Below, one piece after another: positions 16,306 to 25,997 of a stretch of DNA of 61,535 nucleotides. Positions within the stretch are counted from its first letter, which is position 1; each line of letters starts with the position of its first letter. The notes beneath the pieces are model-generated. The model was not told the origin of the DNA. It ran no database searches and worked only from the letters and a program-made list of their open reading frames with translations. The DNA is from a virus (Duplodnaviria; Caudoviricetes), in the IMG/VR virus record IMGVR_UViG_3300021475_000014, positions 1 through 61,535 of that record. One strand, given 5' to 3'. The position numbers were made by a program, and so were the translations under genes.

Positions 16306-17716
16306 AGCCAGCCGCTTGACAACGGCCAACCCCGACACCATGCCGCGTCGGACCGGGCGGCGCGCCGACCACGAAGTAGCGCGCTCGCAAGTGGACGGAC
16401 GCCGTCCACATGCGAGCGCGATGCACGTGCACATGCACGTGCATGGGAGCGGAGCGGGACGCTCGCAAGTAGCCGGCTTGCGGGCGTGTCCACAATGGAG
16501 TGGCTACACGGAACGTGTTGCCAATGTGGAGTGTCGACGCCCGTCGATGCGCAGCCGGGCAAAGCGGGGCAAGCCGGGCGCCAGTGTTGCCGCAAAGTGT
16601 TGCTGCGCAACGCTTTCGCGCCGATCCGAGCGCTCCGTCACTGACACGCTGCCAGTGACTCCGATGTGGATGCTCCACATCGGACCGGCCATCGGCCTGC
16701 GCCGATGCGCGTGCATCGGCTCGCGCCGATGCGCCGCGCGCGGCGCGTGTGAGCAAGCTCACACGCGCCGCCGGCCGTGACGAGGTTCACCTAGCCCGTC
16801 CGGTTCGTGCCCGGTGTCCGTTTTCGAAACGGACACCGTAGGGGTCATCGTTTCGAAACGGACACCGAGGCACGAACCGGACGTGCTACCTCCCTCATTT
16901 ATGTTGACCGGCTAGTAGTTTGGGGGTCAAGTCCTCACACTCGTTTTCACGGCGCGTGTTATCCGTTTCAAACTGCCACTGGCGGTATTCATCCGCCGCT
17001 CCGACGTCGTGTCAGGATTCCAACACCAATGCTGAGGCGTCGTGACGTTCACAGCACGTGAACGAAATCGATATCACCTCCTAATTCTCTTTATCTTTCT
17101 TCCTTTTATGTAAAGAGTGTAAGGAAAAGATAGTAAGTAGGTATAGGAGGAAATGGAGAAAGTATATGAGAATACGGGAGAAGGTATATGGGAGAAAGTA
17201 GAGGAGGGAGAATAAGGGAAAACTCAACACCGACACACTTCCTGACACCGGGCGGTTTCCGGGGGGGGCCGGGGGGCGCCGGCTCCGCCGACCAGTCCCT
17301 GCCCAGCTCGTCTCCACGCAGAGCCAGCCCCCCCGAGGTGACCGGGACCATCGATCCCACCCGAAAATCGCTCCACGGCGCTCTCAGTGCCGTTTCCGGC
17401 CGCGTTCGGCGGCGGTCCCCATCGGCCGCCGCGCCGATTCGCACATTTCTGCCGATGGTTTCCGCGACCAGCTCCTGGCGCTCATCGTCGCTCGCGCGTA
17501 CGCGCGCGGGCATGCGCCGCCGACGACTTCCCGGGTACTGCCCATGAATTTCTAGCACTTCTCAGCATTCCGCAGGTCGGGCGCAATACAAACTGACATC
17601 GCCGAAGCTTTGCTGGCAGGCCAGCATTCCTGGCACCACTCAGCACTTCCGCAGGTCGGCCCTTACGGCCGAGGTTTGCAGACTCAACACGCCAATCCAT
17701 CGAGGCTCATCGCTGG
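16306..17716. other. large non-coding region with palindromes, AT-rich purine-skewed tract and G-runs (candidate origin or packaging site)
   Basis: no convincing ORF; AT-rich 17081-17225; G8-CC-G6 near 17261-17276; TTTCGAAACGGACAC repeats at 16812-16867. Confidence 0.45.
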
Positions 17717-18050
17717 ATGAGATCGTTGGAGTTGTCAAGCTTTTCCGACCGGCAGCTTGCCCAGCGCCTCTGGGAGCGCTTCTATCGGCGGGACGACGAC
17801 GGCCCGAACCTGTCGTGGGAACCCCCGAACACGGGGCCAATCCCCGCTTCCGGCAGTACAGCCCCGGGCCGTCGTCTGCTTAGGGCAACCACCTCGCACA
17901 CCTCGCCCGGGGGCGGGGTGGCTACCACTATCGACAAAGAACGACGGGCCGTCAGCGGTGTGACGGCCCGTCGATGTATTTGGCACTCTGACCTGCGGCT
18001 GTGCCCGTATTGCGCCGAATTGAAGGCAGATCCTGTGCGTCGTTGTGCGA

Positions 18051-18734
18051 CTACCGCAGGATGGCGGTCGGCGCCGCGTGCCACTCCACGGCACTCGCCC
18101 GGCTCGCTTTCAGGCTCTCGTAGCGTGCGTCCAGGTTGAACAGCACCGCATCCCGGGATGGGCCGGTGGCGAAGATGTCAAGGACGTCGATGCCGACGGT
18201 GGCGACACTGCCCGGTTGGTCGCCGCCGGTGGCTACCGTTTCCACCTCCACGCCGGGGGCGAGCCAGGTGTCCATCTGCCGCACGATCCCCGGCGGGTAG
18301 TCGCCCTCGTCGTCCCGGCCGATACGCGCCCAGCCGGTGTAGATGCACAGCACCTGCGGCGGCACGCCGGGGCCGAGGATGACGGCGGAGAGGATCCGTT
18401 CGCCGCAGCCGCGTGCGTAGGCGTCCCGGGCGTCGTCGGCGTCGGTGAAGCACCAGACGTAGGGCTCCCCGTTTTCGGTGCCGAGCACGACGTGGACGGG
18501 GCGCACGGAGGCGGGCCGGGTTTCGTCCGGCCGGTACAGCGGCATCGCGGCGGCAACGGCGGTTTCGCCGTGACGTGTCACCAGCTCCGCCCAGGTGGAC
18601 GCCGAACAGGCCGCCATCCCCCACCAGTGGCGGAATTCGTCGGCGGCGTGGGTGTCGTCGCGGTAGTACAGGCTGACACCCGGATCGCCGGGCACTTCGA
18701 TGCGGGTGCCGTCAGGCCATTCGGTCAGGCTCAT
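18051..18734 (-). CDS. hypothetical protein
   Basis: GGAG RBS; TGATG coupling to upstream gene. Confidence 0.65.
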   Translation of the reverse strand: MSLTEWPDGTRIEVPGDPGVSLYYRDDTHAADEFRHWWGMAACSASTWAELVTRHGETAVAAAMPLYRPDETRPASVRPVHVVLGTENGEPYVWCFTDADDARDAYARGCGERILSAVILGPGVPPQVLCIYTGWARIGRDDEGDYPPGIVRQMDTWLAPGVEVETVATGGDQPGSVATVGIDVLDIFATGPSRDAVLFNLDARYESLKASRASAVEWHAAPTAILR

Positions 18735-19126
18735 CACTGCTCCAGGTGGCTTGGTGGCTGCGGATGCTGCGGGTGGGGCACGTAGCGGCTGTACCAGAGC
18801 TGTGCCGCGTCGTGTTCGTGTGCTGCGGCCGGCCGTCCCCGCGCCTCGATGCGTTCGTGCACGATGTCTTCGCCGGGGTCCAGCACGTAGACGTGGGTGG
18901 CTTCGCATTTGAGCGCAAGCAGTACCCGCTGTTCGATCAGCGGCGCCTGCCGTTCCACCGCAACGAGCGCGTCCGGGTTGGCGGCGATGACGGCCAGGCC
19001 CTCGTCGTAGCGTGCCGGGTTGCGCCCGGCGGCGTCCCAGTCCCACACGGCCAGCCCCTGGTGCAGTGCCCAGTGGGTTTTGCCGGCGCCGGTGGGGCCG
19101 GCGAGTACGACGACGAGCCGACTCAC
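18734..19126 (-). CDS. small P-loop NTPase/kinase (AAA_33-like)
   Basis: VVVLAGPTGAGKT Walker A; RIEARGRP lid. Confidence 0.75.
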   Translation of the reverse strand: MSRLVVVLAGPTGAGKTHWALHQGLAVWDWDAAGRNPARYDEGLAVIAANPDALVAVERQAPLIEQRVLLALKCEATHVYVLDPGEDIVHERIEARGRPAAAHEHDAAQLWYSRYVPHPQHPQPPSHLEQ

Positions 19127-19488
19127 AGGCGGGTGTGTTCCTGCCGGGCTACTGCGCCGATGCCGAGTCGTTCGGCCATCTCTTCCGGGCTGAGCAGGTC
19201 GGACAGGGTGCGCCGCCGCCGTGGCCGGGGAACGGCCGGTGGCAGCTCGTCGTCGTTGGGGTCGACCAGGCGCCGGCCGGCGACGTAGGCGCAGGTCCCG
19301 GCCAGACAGTCGATGGAGCAGGACACGATGTAGGGGGCGCCGAGCGCGTCGGCGGCGTAGGTGACCCGGGGCCGGATCACCACCAGCGCGGTCTGCCACG
19401 GGATGACCAGTCCACAGTGCATGCAGTGCACGTTGCCGTGGTCGGTGACCACCAGGCGCAGCAGCGGATCCTCGTCGTCTTCGTTCAT
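19123..19488 (-). CDS. hypothetical Cys-containing protein
   Basis: CMHCG...CSIDC. Confidence 0.6.
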   Translation of the reverse strand: MNEDDEDPLLRLVVTDHGNVHCMHCGLVIPWQTALVVIRPRVTYAADALGAPYIVSCSIDCLAGTCAYVAGRRLVDPNDDELPPAVPRPRRRRTLSDLLSPEEMAERLGIGAVARQEHTRL

Positions 19489-19898
19489 GGGGCGCCACCT
19501 TCGGGGATGTTGTCGGGCGGCAGCACGATGCGTCGCGGTCGGGCGCGACCCACGGCCCGCTCCGGATGATTGAGGACTTCATCGATGCCGCGGCTGACCT
19601 TCGGGTCAACCTTGGACCAGTTGACGATGGTCGGTTCGGTGGCGCTCAGCTCCATCTGCACCAGTCGGGTGACGAGCCGGTTCATGCAGAAAATGGAGCA
19701 GGCGATGTACCGACCGATGCCGGCGATGCGCACGGGTGCGTCCCGCTTGCTCCATGCCTCGTCCCGGAAAGCCTCGTCGAGGGCGTCGGCGTCGATCGGC
19801 GTCACCAGGGCCATGCAGCCAATCGGTGAGCCGAGGGTGCCGCAGTAGTCACATTGGACGTCCGGCCCACTGGTTTGGCTGTTTTCGTTGTGGGACAT
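19485..19898 (-). CDS. hypothetical Cys-containing protein
   Basis: GAAGG RBS; CDYCG...CSIFC, similar architecture to the downstream gene. Confidence 0.6.
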   Translation of the reverse strand: MSHNENSQTSGPDVQCDYCGTLGSPIGCMALVTPIDADALDEAFRDEAWSKRDAPVRIAGIGRYIACSIFCMNRLVTRLVQMELSATEPTIVNWSKVDPKVSRGIDEVLNHPERAVGRARPRRIVLPPDNIPEGGAP

Positions 19899-19923
19899 AC
19901 CTTCCCAACGATTCGCGTGTAGT

Positions 19924-20178
19924 TCAGACAATGGCTGCGGGCAGTTGGTCATCGCCGATCAATTCAGCCAGGCTGATGTGTACGGCGCTGCCGTAGGCCA
20001 CCAGATCGTTGATGCCCATGCCGCGTTGGCCTTTCTCCCACATGCACACCGCCGAGGTGGTCCGCCCGATCTGTCGGGCCACCACCGCCTGCGTCATCCC
20101 GGCTGCCTGCCGGGCGGCACGTAGCCGCCGGCCCAGGTCCGGGTCGCAGGCGGTGCGGGTGTTCCACAATGCGTTCAC
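19924..20178 (-). CDS. XRE/Cro-type HTH transcriptional regulator
   Basis: LGRRLRAARQAAGMTQAVVARQIGRTTSAVCMWEKGQR. Confidence 0.85.
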   Translation of the reverse strand: MNALWNTRTACDPDLGRRLRAARQAAGMTQAVVARQIGRTTSAVCMWEKGQRGMGINDLVAYGSAVHISLAELIGDDQLPAAIV

Positions 20179-20462
20179 GTCCGGGCATCCTTCTTGTCGG
20201 CCAACATCCACGCCTGCACATGCGGGTGGCACAGCCGCAGTTTCCCGGCCGGGGAGGTTCGCATCCACCGTGCCGGCAGCGGCGCCGGCCCCACCCAACC
20301 GTGTTCGTGCAGGATCAACACACAGTCGTCGCACGGTGTGCGGCACTCCCCGCGCGAGCGCAGCCGCCGGTAGGTGGGCCGACCCCGGGCATGCTCGCCA
20401 CGCCCGGTCGGTAACGCCAGGCGCAACGCTGGTACATCCTCGACCAGAAACGGCTGCGTCAT
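20175..20462 (-). CDS. hypothetical protein (CDDC...LC..H)
   Basis: coupled ORF; start overlaps 15-bp motif copy 2. Confidence 0.6.
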   Translation of the reverse strand: MTQPFLVEDVPALRLALPTGRGEHARGRPTYRRLRSRGECRTPCDDCVLILHEHGWVGPAPLPARWMRTSPAGKLRLCHPHVQAWMLADKKDART

Positions 20463-20473
20463 TTTCCCCGCAC

Positions 20474-20641
20474 CTATTTCTTGGCCGCGACAACCCGGGC
20501 GGTGCGGATCACGCCGGCTCCGCCCAGTTCCGCGTCGTTGACGGTGCGCGCCTCGTCCAGGCTCGGGAAGTCGGTGTGTGTGCCGTCCGGCCGGTGCAGC
20601 CGGAACACGGTGATGGCGGTCTGTCCACAGTTGCAACCCAT
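20474..20641 (-). CDS. small MGCNCG-type phage protein
   Basis: GAGGA RBS; MGCNCG N-terminus. Confidence 0.65.
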   Translation of the reverse strand: MGCNCGQTAITVFRLHRPDGTHTDFPSLDEARTVNDAELGGAGVIRTARVVAAKK

Positions 20642-20642
20642 G

Positions 20643-20909
20643 TCAGTCGTCCTCTTCTTTCCGGGCGGTGTAGTGCTCCAGGCCGGTGTGCAGCAGACCG
20701 ATGATGTGGTGGTAGGGCAGTTCACCACTGGACAGCAGGTGGAAGTAGGAGGACACCCGGTCGCCGTCGCCGTCGTAGCCGACCTGCGCGCCGACAACGA
20801 TGTACTCCGTCAACAGCCGGTTGTCTGCCCAGCCGGATGCGACCAGCACATCCTGGATGGCCACTTCCAACGCCTGGTCCGCTTTCACCTCGTCCGGTGT
20901 CCGCGACAT
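20643..20909 (-). CDS. hypothetical protein
   Basis: GAGGAG RBS; PYHHIIGLL motif. Confidence 0.65.
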   Translation of the reverse strand: MSRTPDEVKADQALEVAIQDVLVASGWADNRLLTEYIVVGAQVGYDGDGDRVSSYFHLLSSGELPYHHIIGLLHTGLEHYTARKEEDD

Positions 20910-20925
20910 GTTGCCCGCTCCTCTC

Positions 20926-22980
20926 CTAGCGGTGCACCAGCGCTGCCAGGGCTGTCAGCTCGTCCGTACGGGTACGACCGATGCTGGCTGCCAGCACCTG
21001 GACCGCCTCGTCGGCCAGCGCCGTTGCCGCAGCCAGAATATCCGTCAGTTCACTTTCCGTGGACGTTTCTGCACTATCCACATAGGCGCGCTGGTTCGGG
21101 ATGATCAGCGACTCGACCGCGCCGGACGCGGTCAGCCCCGCCTGCACCGGGTATCCGGGTACCGGGACGGCGGTGACCGCGATCATTTCCAGGCCGGTGC
21201 CGGGCCGTTCCTCCCGCCAGTCACCGGAGGGTGGGAAGGCGAGCATGTTGTAGATCTGCGTGTCGGTGGCGCTCGGGGTGAGCGCGCCGTGGAAGTAGAT
21301 GCCGTGCGCGTCTTCGCCGGTGATGCCGACCGCCGGCACGGAGGCAACATCGTCGTAGTGCCGGGTGGCCGCCGCCATCCCGACGCCCGCGTCGGTGGAG
21401 GCGTGCCCGCCACCGACCGAGTAGGCGCCCGTCTTGATGGCGTTGCCTTCGGCGGTGATGGTGGTGCCCAGCTTGAAATGGCAGTAGTCGCAGCGGCTGT
21501 GCGGCGGCGGCACGCAGATGCCGGCGGCGACGAACGAGCGGTGGCAGGTTTCCCAGTCGGCGACGTGCCCGTACACCTCACCGTCAGCGGTGACGGTGAT
21601 CGGTGTCGGCCCCGGCAGGGCGATCGGGTCGAAGTAGGCGCCGGGCGGGCGCAGATGCCGGCGGTAGCTGGTCGCTGCGGTGACGGTCGCGGTGCTTGTG
21701 GCGGCGGCCGTCACCGAGCCACCAGAGGTCGAACCGGAAGATGCAGGTCCCTTTCTAGCACCCCGCACGCGGCCCATGAGTCGGTCCACAGTGTTGCGTG
21801 CCGTCTTTTTCGCCGCCGGGGTCAACCCTTTCAGCGCAGTCCGCGCACCGCCCAGTGAAGCGGCGGCAGCACGCACCGCGGCCGGCACGATCATCAATGT
21901 CCCACCGATGACGTCGGCGACCGGCAGCTTGTAGCCGGCAAGCGTGGTCGGGTCGCCTTTCGGGTCCCGCCACAGGAACGCGGTGCCCAACTTCGTCGCG
22001 TTGACACTGCCGTCGTCGTTGGTGGCCCACTTCAACACCCGCGATTGCGCCGCCGAACCATCCCAGGTGGTCGCGTCGGCGGCGATCGGCAGATCCACAG
22101 TGGCGGCAGCGGTCAGTCCCCCGCCGCACGATTCGCAGCCACCGGCCGCCTCAACCCCGGCCTGCGAGCCGGCAGCCTCCGCCGAGTCGGTGGCGGACAT
22201 GCCTGCCTGCGCGCTGGCGGCGACGTTGCTGTACAGCTCGTCCAGCACATCGGCGAGCGCCTGCATGTCGTTGTCGTCAATGTGCGCGGTGGGGGGACCG
22301 CCCGCGTCGATGACGGCCGCCGCGTCCAGCAGCGCATTCGGGATGATGGTCAACGCTCCGCCGAGGACGTCGGCGACCGGGAACTGGTAGTCGTCCACGC
22401 TGTTGCCGTCGGAGCCGGGATCCTGGTACAGGAACCCGGAGCCCAACATGTCGGTGTCCACCAGGCCGTCGTTGCCGGTGGCATTGGCCAACATCCGGGC
22501 GGTGGCGGTGTGCGGATCCCATTCGGTGTCCAGAGGTGCGACCGGCAGGTCCGCATCGACGGTGATGTTCTCGTCGTTGGGTTCGCCGTCGTCCCCGGTC
22601 GGGTTGGTGGAGGCGTCCCCATCCGGGTTGAACGTGTTGATGCCCGGCACCGTCGAGTCGGGGGTGAACGCGGCAGCACTGAGACTGTCCAGGACGGCGG
22701 CGGTGATCATCCGGCCGGTGCCCCGGATCGCCAGGTCCACTTCGGCGTAGGTCGGCCGCAGGATGGTGGGCGCCTGCGCGGTGAAGTACTGGACCTGAGC
22801 GTGCACCTCGTCCCCGGTGACGCCCAGGCCCAGCACCCGCCCGATGGGGTTGCCGTCGGCGCCATACACGGGCAGCGGGTACGCGGCTGCGGTGATGGCG
22901 GCGACGTCGGAGAGCACACCCCGGGGCAGGCTCGGGTTGAGCGCGTTGGCCCGCGCCACGAGGACATCGATGTAGGCCAT
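20926..22980 (-). CDS. capsid maturation protease-like head morphogenesis protein
   Basis: directly after portal; C-terminal VYGHVA.W.TCH...GGGHA...HYDD...GED.HGI...SGDWR domain seen in actinophage head genes. Confidence 0.6.
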   Translation of the reverse strand: MAYIDVLVARANALNPSLPRGVLSDVAAITAAAYPLPVYGADGNPIGRVLGLGVTGDEVHAQVQYFTAQAPTILRPTYAEVDLAIRGTGRMITAAVLDSLSAAAFTPDSTVPGINTFNPDGDASTNPTGDDGEPNDENITVDADLPVAPLDTEWDPHTATARMLANATGNDGLVDTDMLGSGFLYQDPGSDGNSVDDYQFPVADVLGGALTIIPNALLDAAAVIDAGGPPTAHIDDNDMQALADVLDELYSNVAASAQAGMSATDSAEAAGSQAGVEAAGGCESCGGGLTAAATVDLPIAADATTWDGSAAQSRVLKWATNDDGSVNATKLGTAFLWRDPKGDPTTLAGYKLPVADVIGGTLMIVPAAVRAAAASLGGARTALKGLTPAAKKTARNTVDRLMGRVRGARKGPASSGSTSGGSVTAAATSTATVTAATSYRRHLRPPGAYFDPIALPGPTPITVTADGEVYGHVADWETCHRSFVAAGICVPPPHSRCDYCHFKLGTTITAEGNAIKTGAYSVGGGHASTDAGVGMAAATRHYDDVASVPAVGITGEDAHGIYFHGALTPSATDTQIYNMLAFPPSGDWREERPGTGLEMIAVTAVPVPGYPVQAGLTASGAVESLIIPNQRAYVDSAETSTESELTDILAAATALADEAVQVLAASIGRTRTDELTALAALVHR

Positions 22981-22990
22981 GTCGTACTCC

Positions 22991-24826
22991 TCAGATCAGC
23001 GACCAGTCGGCCAGTAGGTGATACAGCGCCGTCGGGGTGTGCGGCGTGCCGGCGCACAACAGGTCGCAGGCGTAGGTGTGCAGCACTTTGGTGAGCGCGT
23101 CCCCGTCCACCCCGGCAGCGGCGGCCACACTCGGGCAGGTGGCGAACGCGCCATCCAGTAGGCGCTCCGCCGAGGTGGGTGTGCAGCACATGCCGGGCGC
23201 GGTGTGGTACTCCCACGGTTGCAGGTGGCCGAGCTTGTGCCGGTTGCGGCCGACGAGACGTTTCCCGGCCGTCTCCAACGCCCGCAACGTCAACGCCTCC
23301 GCCGCCGCGATAATTGAGGCGTCTATCGAGGCGGTGATGGCCGGCGCCGCCGGCAGCGGCCGGGACTCGGCCGGCGCACTCACCCCGGTTCCGCGACCTT
23401 GGGAACCTGGCCCGGCCGGGGTGGCGATGGCCGGTGGTGCCGGCGCGGCCGGTGTGGAGGGGACAAGCTGCTGCACCTGCACCCCCATCTCGTGCAGCAG
23501 CTCCGCCACGACTGCCGGTGCGGCCACCGGCACTTTCCCGGCCACCTCCAGCAGCGTGTGGTAGCGGCGCTCCTCCGGTGTCGGGGCGTCGTTTTCGGTG
23601 AACCCGTTTTCCCGCCGCAGGCTGTTGCCGGACAGCTCGTTGCGGTCGTAGACCTGCTGGGCGTCGGCGGCCCGGTCGGGACGCTGCACCAGCTCCGACA
23701 GCGAATACCAGACGACGTAGCGGCGGTAGTCGCCCGGGAACTCCACCCGCAGCGCCGGCCACAGATACTGCTCGGTGAGCGCGGCGCAGATCAGCTCCAC
23801 CGGCGAGGCCAGGTGCACTTTCGCGTTGGATTCTTCGATCTGCCAGCCGGACAGGTGGTTGGTGTCGCCCATACCCAGCAGCACCTCGGCCGCCACGTCC
23901 AGGCCGCGCGCCAACCGGCCCACCGCCGAGTCGCGCATGCCCATCACCGCCTCGGAGACGGGCGTGGACAGCGACAGCAGCCGCGCTTTGTCGAGCTGTT
24001 CGCCGGGTCCCCGGATGATGATCGGCACAACGGCCTCGACTGAGTTGGGATCCCCGATGGCGGTCATCATCGACTCGGTCAATGCGGTCATGAACGTGTC
24101 GGCGCCGCCGTCGTCGCCCGGCCCGTCGTCCTGGTTGGCCCCGGCGATGGTGAACGTCAACTCTTTGGGCAGCAGCAGGATGCCGTTGCCGGTCAATCGG
24201 GAGTCGATCTGCGCGGCAATGCTTTGGTCGGCACGAATGATTTCCCGCAGTGGTGCCCGCGCGGCCCGCGCCGGGGCGTTGGCTTCGCAGTGCCGACGTG
24301 GATGTGGCCGCCAAATTTTGATAATGACCGATGTGGTGGGGTCCAACACGCACGGCACGTCGACACCGTCGTCAATGCTGATTGTGCCGTCGCCGTTGTC
24401 CTGCAAATCGTCCAGCGAATACACATCCCAGCGTTCCCCACCGGCGTCCAGCACCCGGCCGATGAGGAAACACATGCCGACAATCTCCAGATGCAGCACC
24501 ATCGCCGCCAGGATCTGGCCCTGGATGGCCGGACCGCCGAGGAATGTGGTGGCGAACGGGATGGGGCCGGCCGCATCCGCGTCGGGCTCGCCGGAGTCGT
24601 CCACTGTGGTGATGAACAACTTCACCCGGGACGCGGCTTGGGACTTCCAGTCACACACGTACCGGAATTCGGGCACCGAATCGTAGAACTCCCACGCCTC
24701 ACGCTGCCATTGCGTGTCCGAACCGGAACGGTTGAATCGCAAACCGGGTCCGGTGATCCGGGTCGCGGACGCGACGAGGGCTTCCGCACCCACCAGATCG
24801 CCTGCACTGCGCCAAAAAACCGGCAT
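22991..24826 (-). CDS. portal protein
   Basis: WQREAWEFYD.VPEFRY...W....SRV, IWRPHPR...A.AP.RA...LREI, SRLTGNGILLLP.E motifs; 611 aa. Confidence 0.8.
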   Translation of the reverse strand: MPVFWRSAGDLVGAEALVASATRITGPGLRFNRSGSDTQWQREAWEFYDSVPEFRYVCDWKSQAASRVKLFITTVDDSGEPDADAAGPIPFATTFLGGPAIQGQILAAMVLHLEIVGMCFLIGRVLDAGGERWDVYSLDDLQDNGDGTISIDDGVDVPCVLDPTTSVIIKIWRPHPRRHCEANAPARAARAPLREIIRADQSIAAQIDSRLTGNGILLLPKELTFTIAGANQDDGPGDDGGADTFMTALTESMMTAIGDPNSVEAVVPIIIRGPGEQLDKARLLSLSTPVSEAVMGMRDSAVGRLARGLDVAAEVLLGMGDTNHLSGWQIEESNAKVHLASPVELICAALTEQYLWPALRVEFPGDYRRYVVWYSLSELVQRPDRAADAQQVYDRNELSGNSLRRENGFTENDAPTPEERRYHTLLEVAGKVPVAAPAVVAELLHEMGVQVQQLVPSTPAAPAPPAIATPAGPGSQGRGTGVSAPAESRPLPAAPAITASIDASIIAAAEALTLRALETAGKRLVGRNRHKLGHLQPWEYHTAPGMCCTPTSAERLLDGAFATCPSVAAAAGVDGDALTKVLHTYACDLLCAGTPHTPTALYHLLADWSLI

Positions 24827-24829
24827 CGG

Positions 24830-25150
24830 CTAGTCCTCCCGCTCCGGCAGGTCACTGTCGGGCTCAAATGGCGCATGGCCGAGCGCACCAACCACATAGG
24901 ACAGCGCGAAAATGGTGATGACGACCCGATACCACGGGTGCATCCACCAGAAATACGCGGTGATCGCGACCAACGCCGACAGCCACATGCCGATACACCA
25001 CGAACAGTCCAGGAGGTACCAGACGTAGCCGTCTTTGCGCACCCGATGGGCCACGAAGTACCGCCACGCCCGCGAAATGCGGTCAGCGCGAACCAACACC
25101 GTCAGTCGGGCGACGGCCAAAGCCAACAGCAGCAGCTCCAACCAGGACAC
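24830..25150 (-). CDS. DUF1360-like membrane protein
   Basis: LAVARLT.LV..D.I...R...YLL.C.WC.G.W; probably leaderless. Confidence 0.75.
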   Translation of the reverse strand: MSWLELLLLALAVARLTVLVRADRISRAWRYFVAHRVRKDGYVWYLLDCSWCIGMWLSALVAITAYFWWMHPWYRVVITIFALSYVVGALGHAPFEPDSDLPERED

Positions 25151-25198
25151 ACGAGCAGCATACGGTCGCGTGATACTTTCCCCGCACCTATGAACGGT

Positions 25199-25444
25199 CT
25201 ACTTGCGACCGCCGTGCAGCAGTTTCGCGTGCGTCGCCGGCCACATGCCGGTAGCTCGACGGTGCAGCAGGTTGCAGTAGCCTTTTTCCCGTCCCGGCAT
25301 GTACTTGGCCAACTGGCGGGTGCATCGGTTGAAGTCGCCGCCGGAACCCCACCGGATTTTTGCGGCGCCTTTGCCTTCGGCCCAGTAGCGGCGCAGCGTC
25401 TCGGCGTTGCCCCGGCCCCGGGTGCCTTTCGGGCGAGCCATCAT
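25199..25444 (-). CDS. conserved small actinophage protein
   Basis: LRRYW..GKGAAKIRWG..GDF.RC..QL.KY....GYC..LH..ATG.WP. Confidence 0.7.
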   Translation of the reverse strand: MMARPKGTRGRGNAETLRRYWAEGKGAAKIRWGSGGDFNRCTRQLAKYMPGREKGYCNLLHRRATGMWPATHAKLLHGGRK

Positions 25445-25454
25445 TTACCCCCCA

Positions 25455-25997
25455 TCAATCCACGCAAGGGCACAGGTCCACTGTGTAGCCGACGGTCAGT
25501 TCACTGCCGACGCATCCGCCGGCGGGACCTTGCGGAGTGAGCAACGCGGGCTCCGCGGAATAGACGCCGAGCGATCCCAGGTCGGCCACGCAGCACGAGG
25601 CGGTGCGATACAGCGCGTCGATGTCGGACAACATCACCAGCGCCTCGTTCTCCAACACCTCACAACTCGGCGGGGTGCCCCGCTCATCCGAGCTGGCCGC
25701 GCAGCGCATCGCCCCGATACCCAACACGATCTGCACCTGCCGGTCCCCGCACGGCTTGTCACCCCACCCGACCGGCGGCTGCGCCAGTAGGGAGCCGGTG
25801 ATGGTGGTTTCGCCGATGCGGTCCAGGCGCACCCACCCGGTGCCCTGGCAGCAGTCGTCCAGGATCACCGACCCGCCGGGCAGTGCGCAGCAGCGCCCCG
25901 GCGGACCACCGACCGTCTGGGCCAGGTTCGCGCACAGGCAGTGGGCCACCGAGGCGATCAGCGGCCACCAGGTGGGCGGCGGCGTTGGTGTCGTCAC
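25455..25997 (-). CDS. putative tail terminator/head-tail joining protein
   Basis: follows adaptor; GPAGGCVG motif; position and size. Confidence 0.55.
   Translation of the reverse strand: MTTPTPPPTWWPLIASVAHCLCANLAQTVGGPPGRCCALPGGSVILDDCCQGTGWVRLDRIGETTITGSLLAQPPVGWGDKPCGDRQVQIVLGIGAMRCAASSDERGTPPSCEVLENEALVMLSDIDALYRTASCCVADLGSLGVYSAEPALLTPQGPAGGCVGSELTVGYTVDLCPCVD

Noticed and set aside
17106-18139. ORFs 17106-17558 (-), 17717-18139 (+), 17735-18094 (-)
   Set aside because: Weak RBS, low-complexity translations and mutual overlap; cannot support any as a gene, although 17717 may encode a short real peptide.
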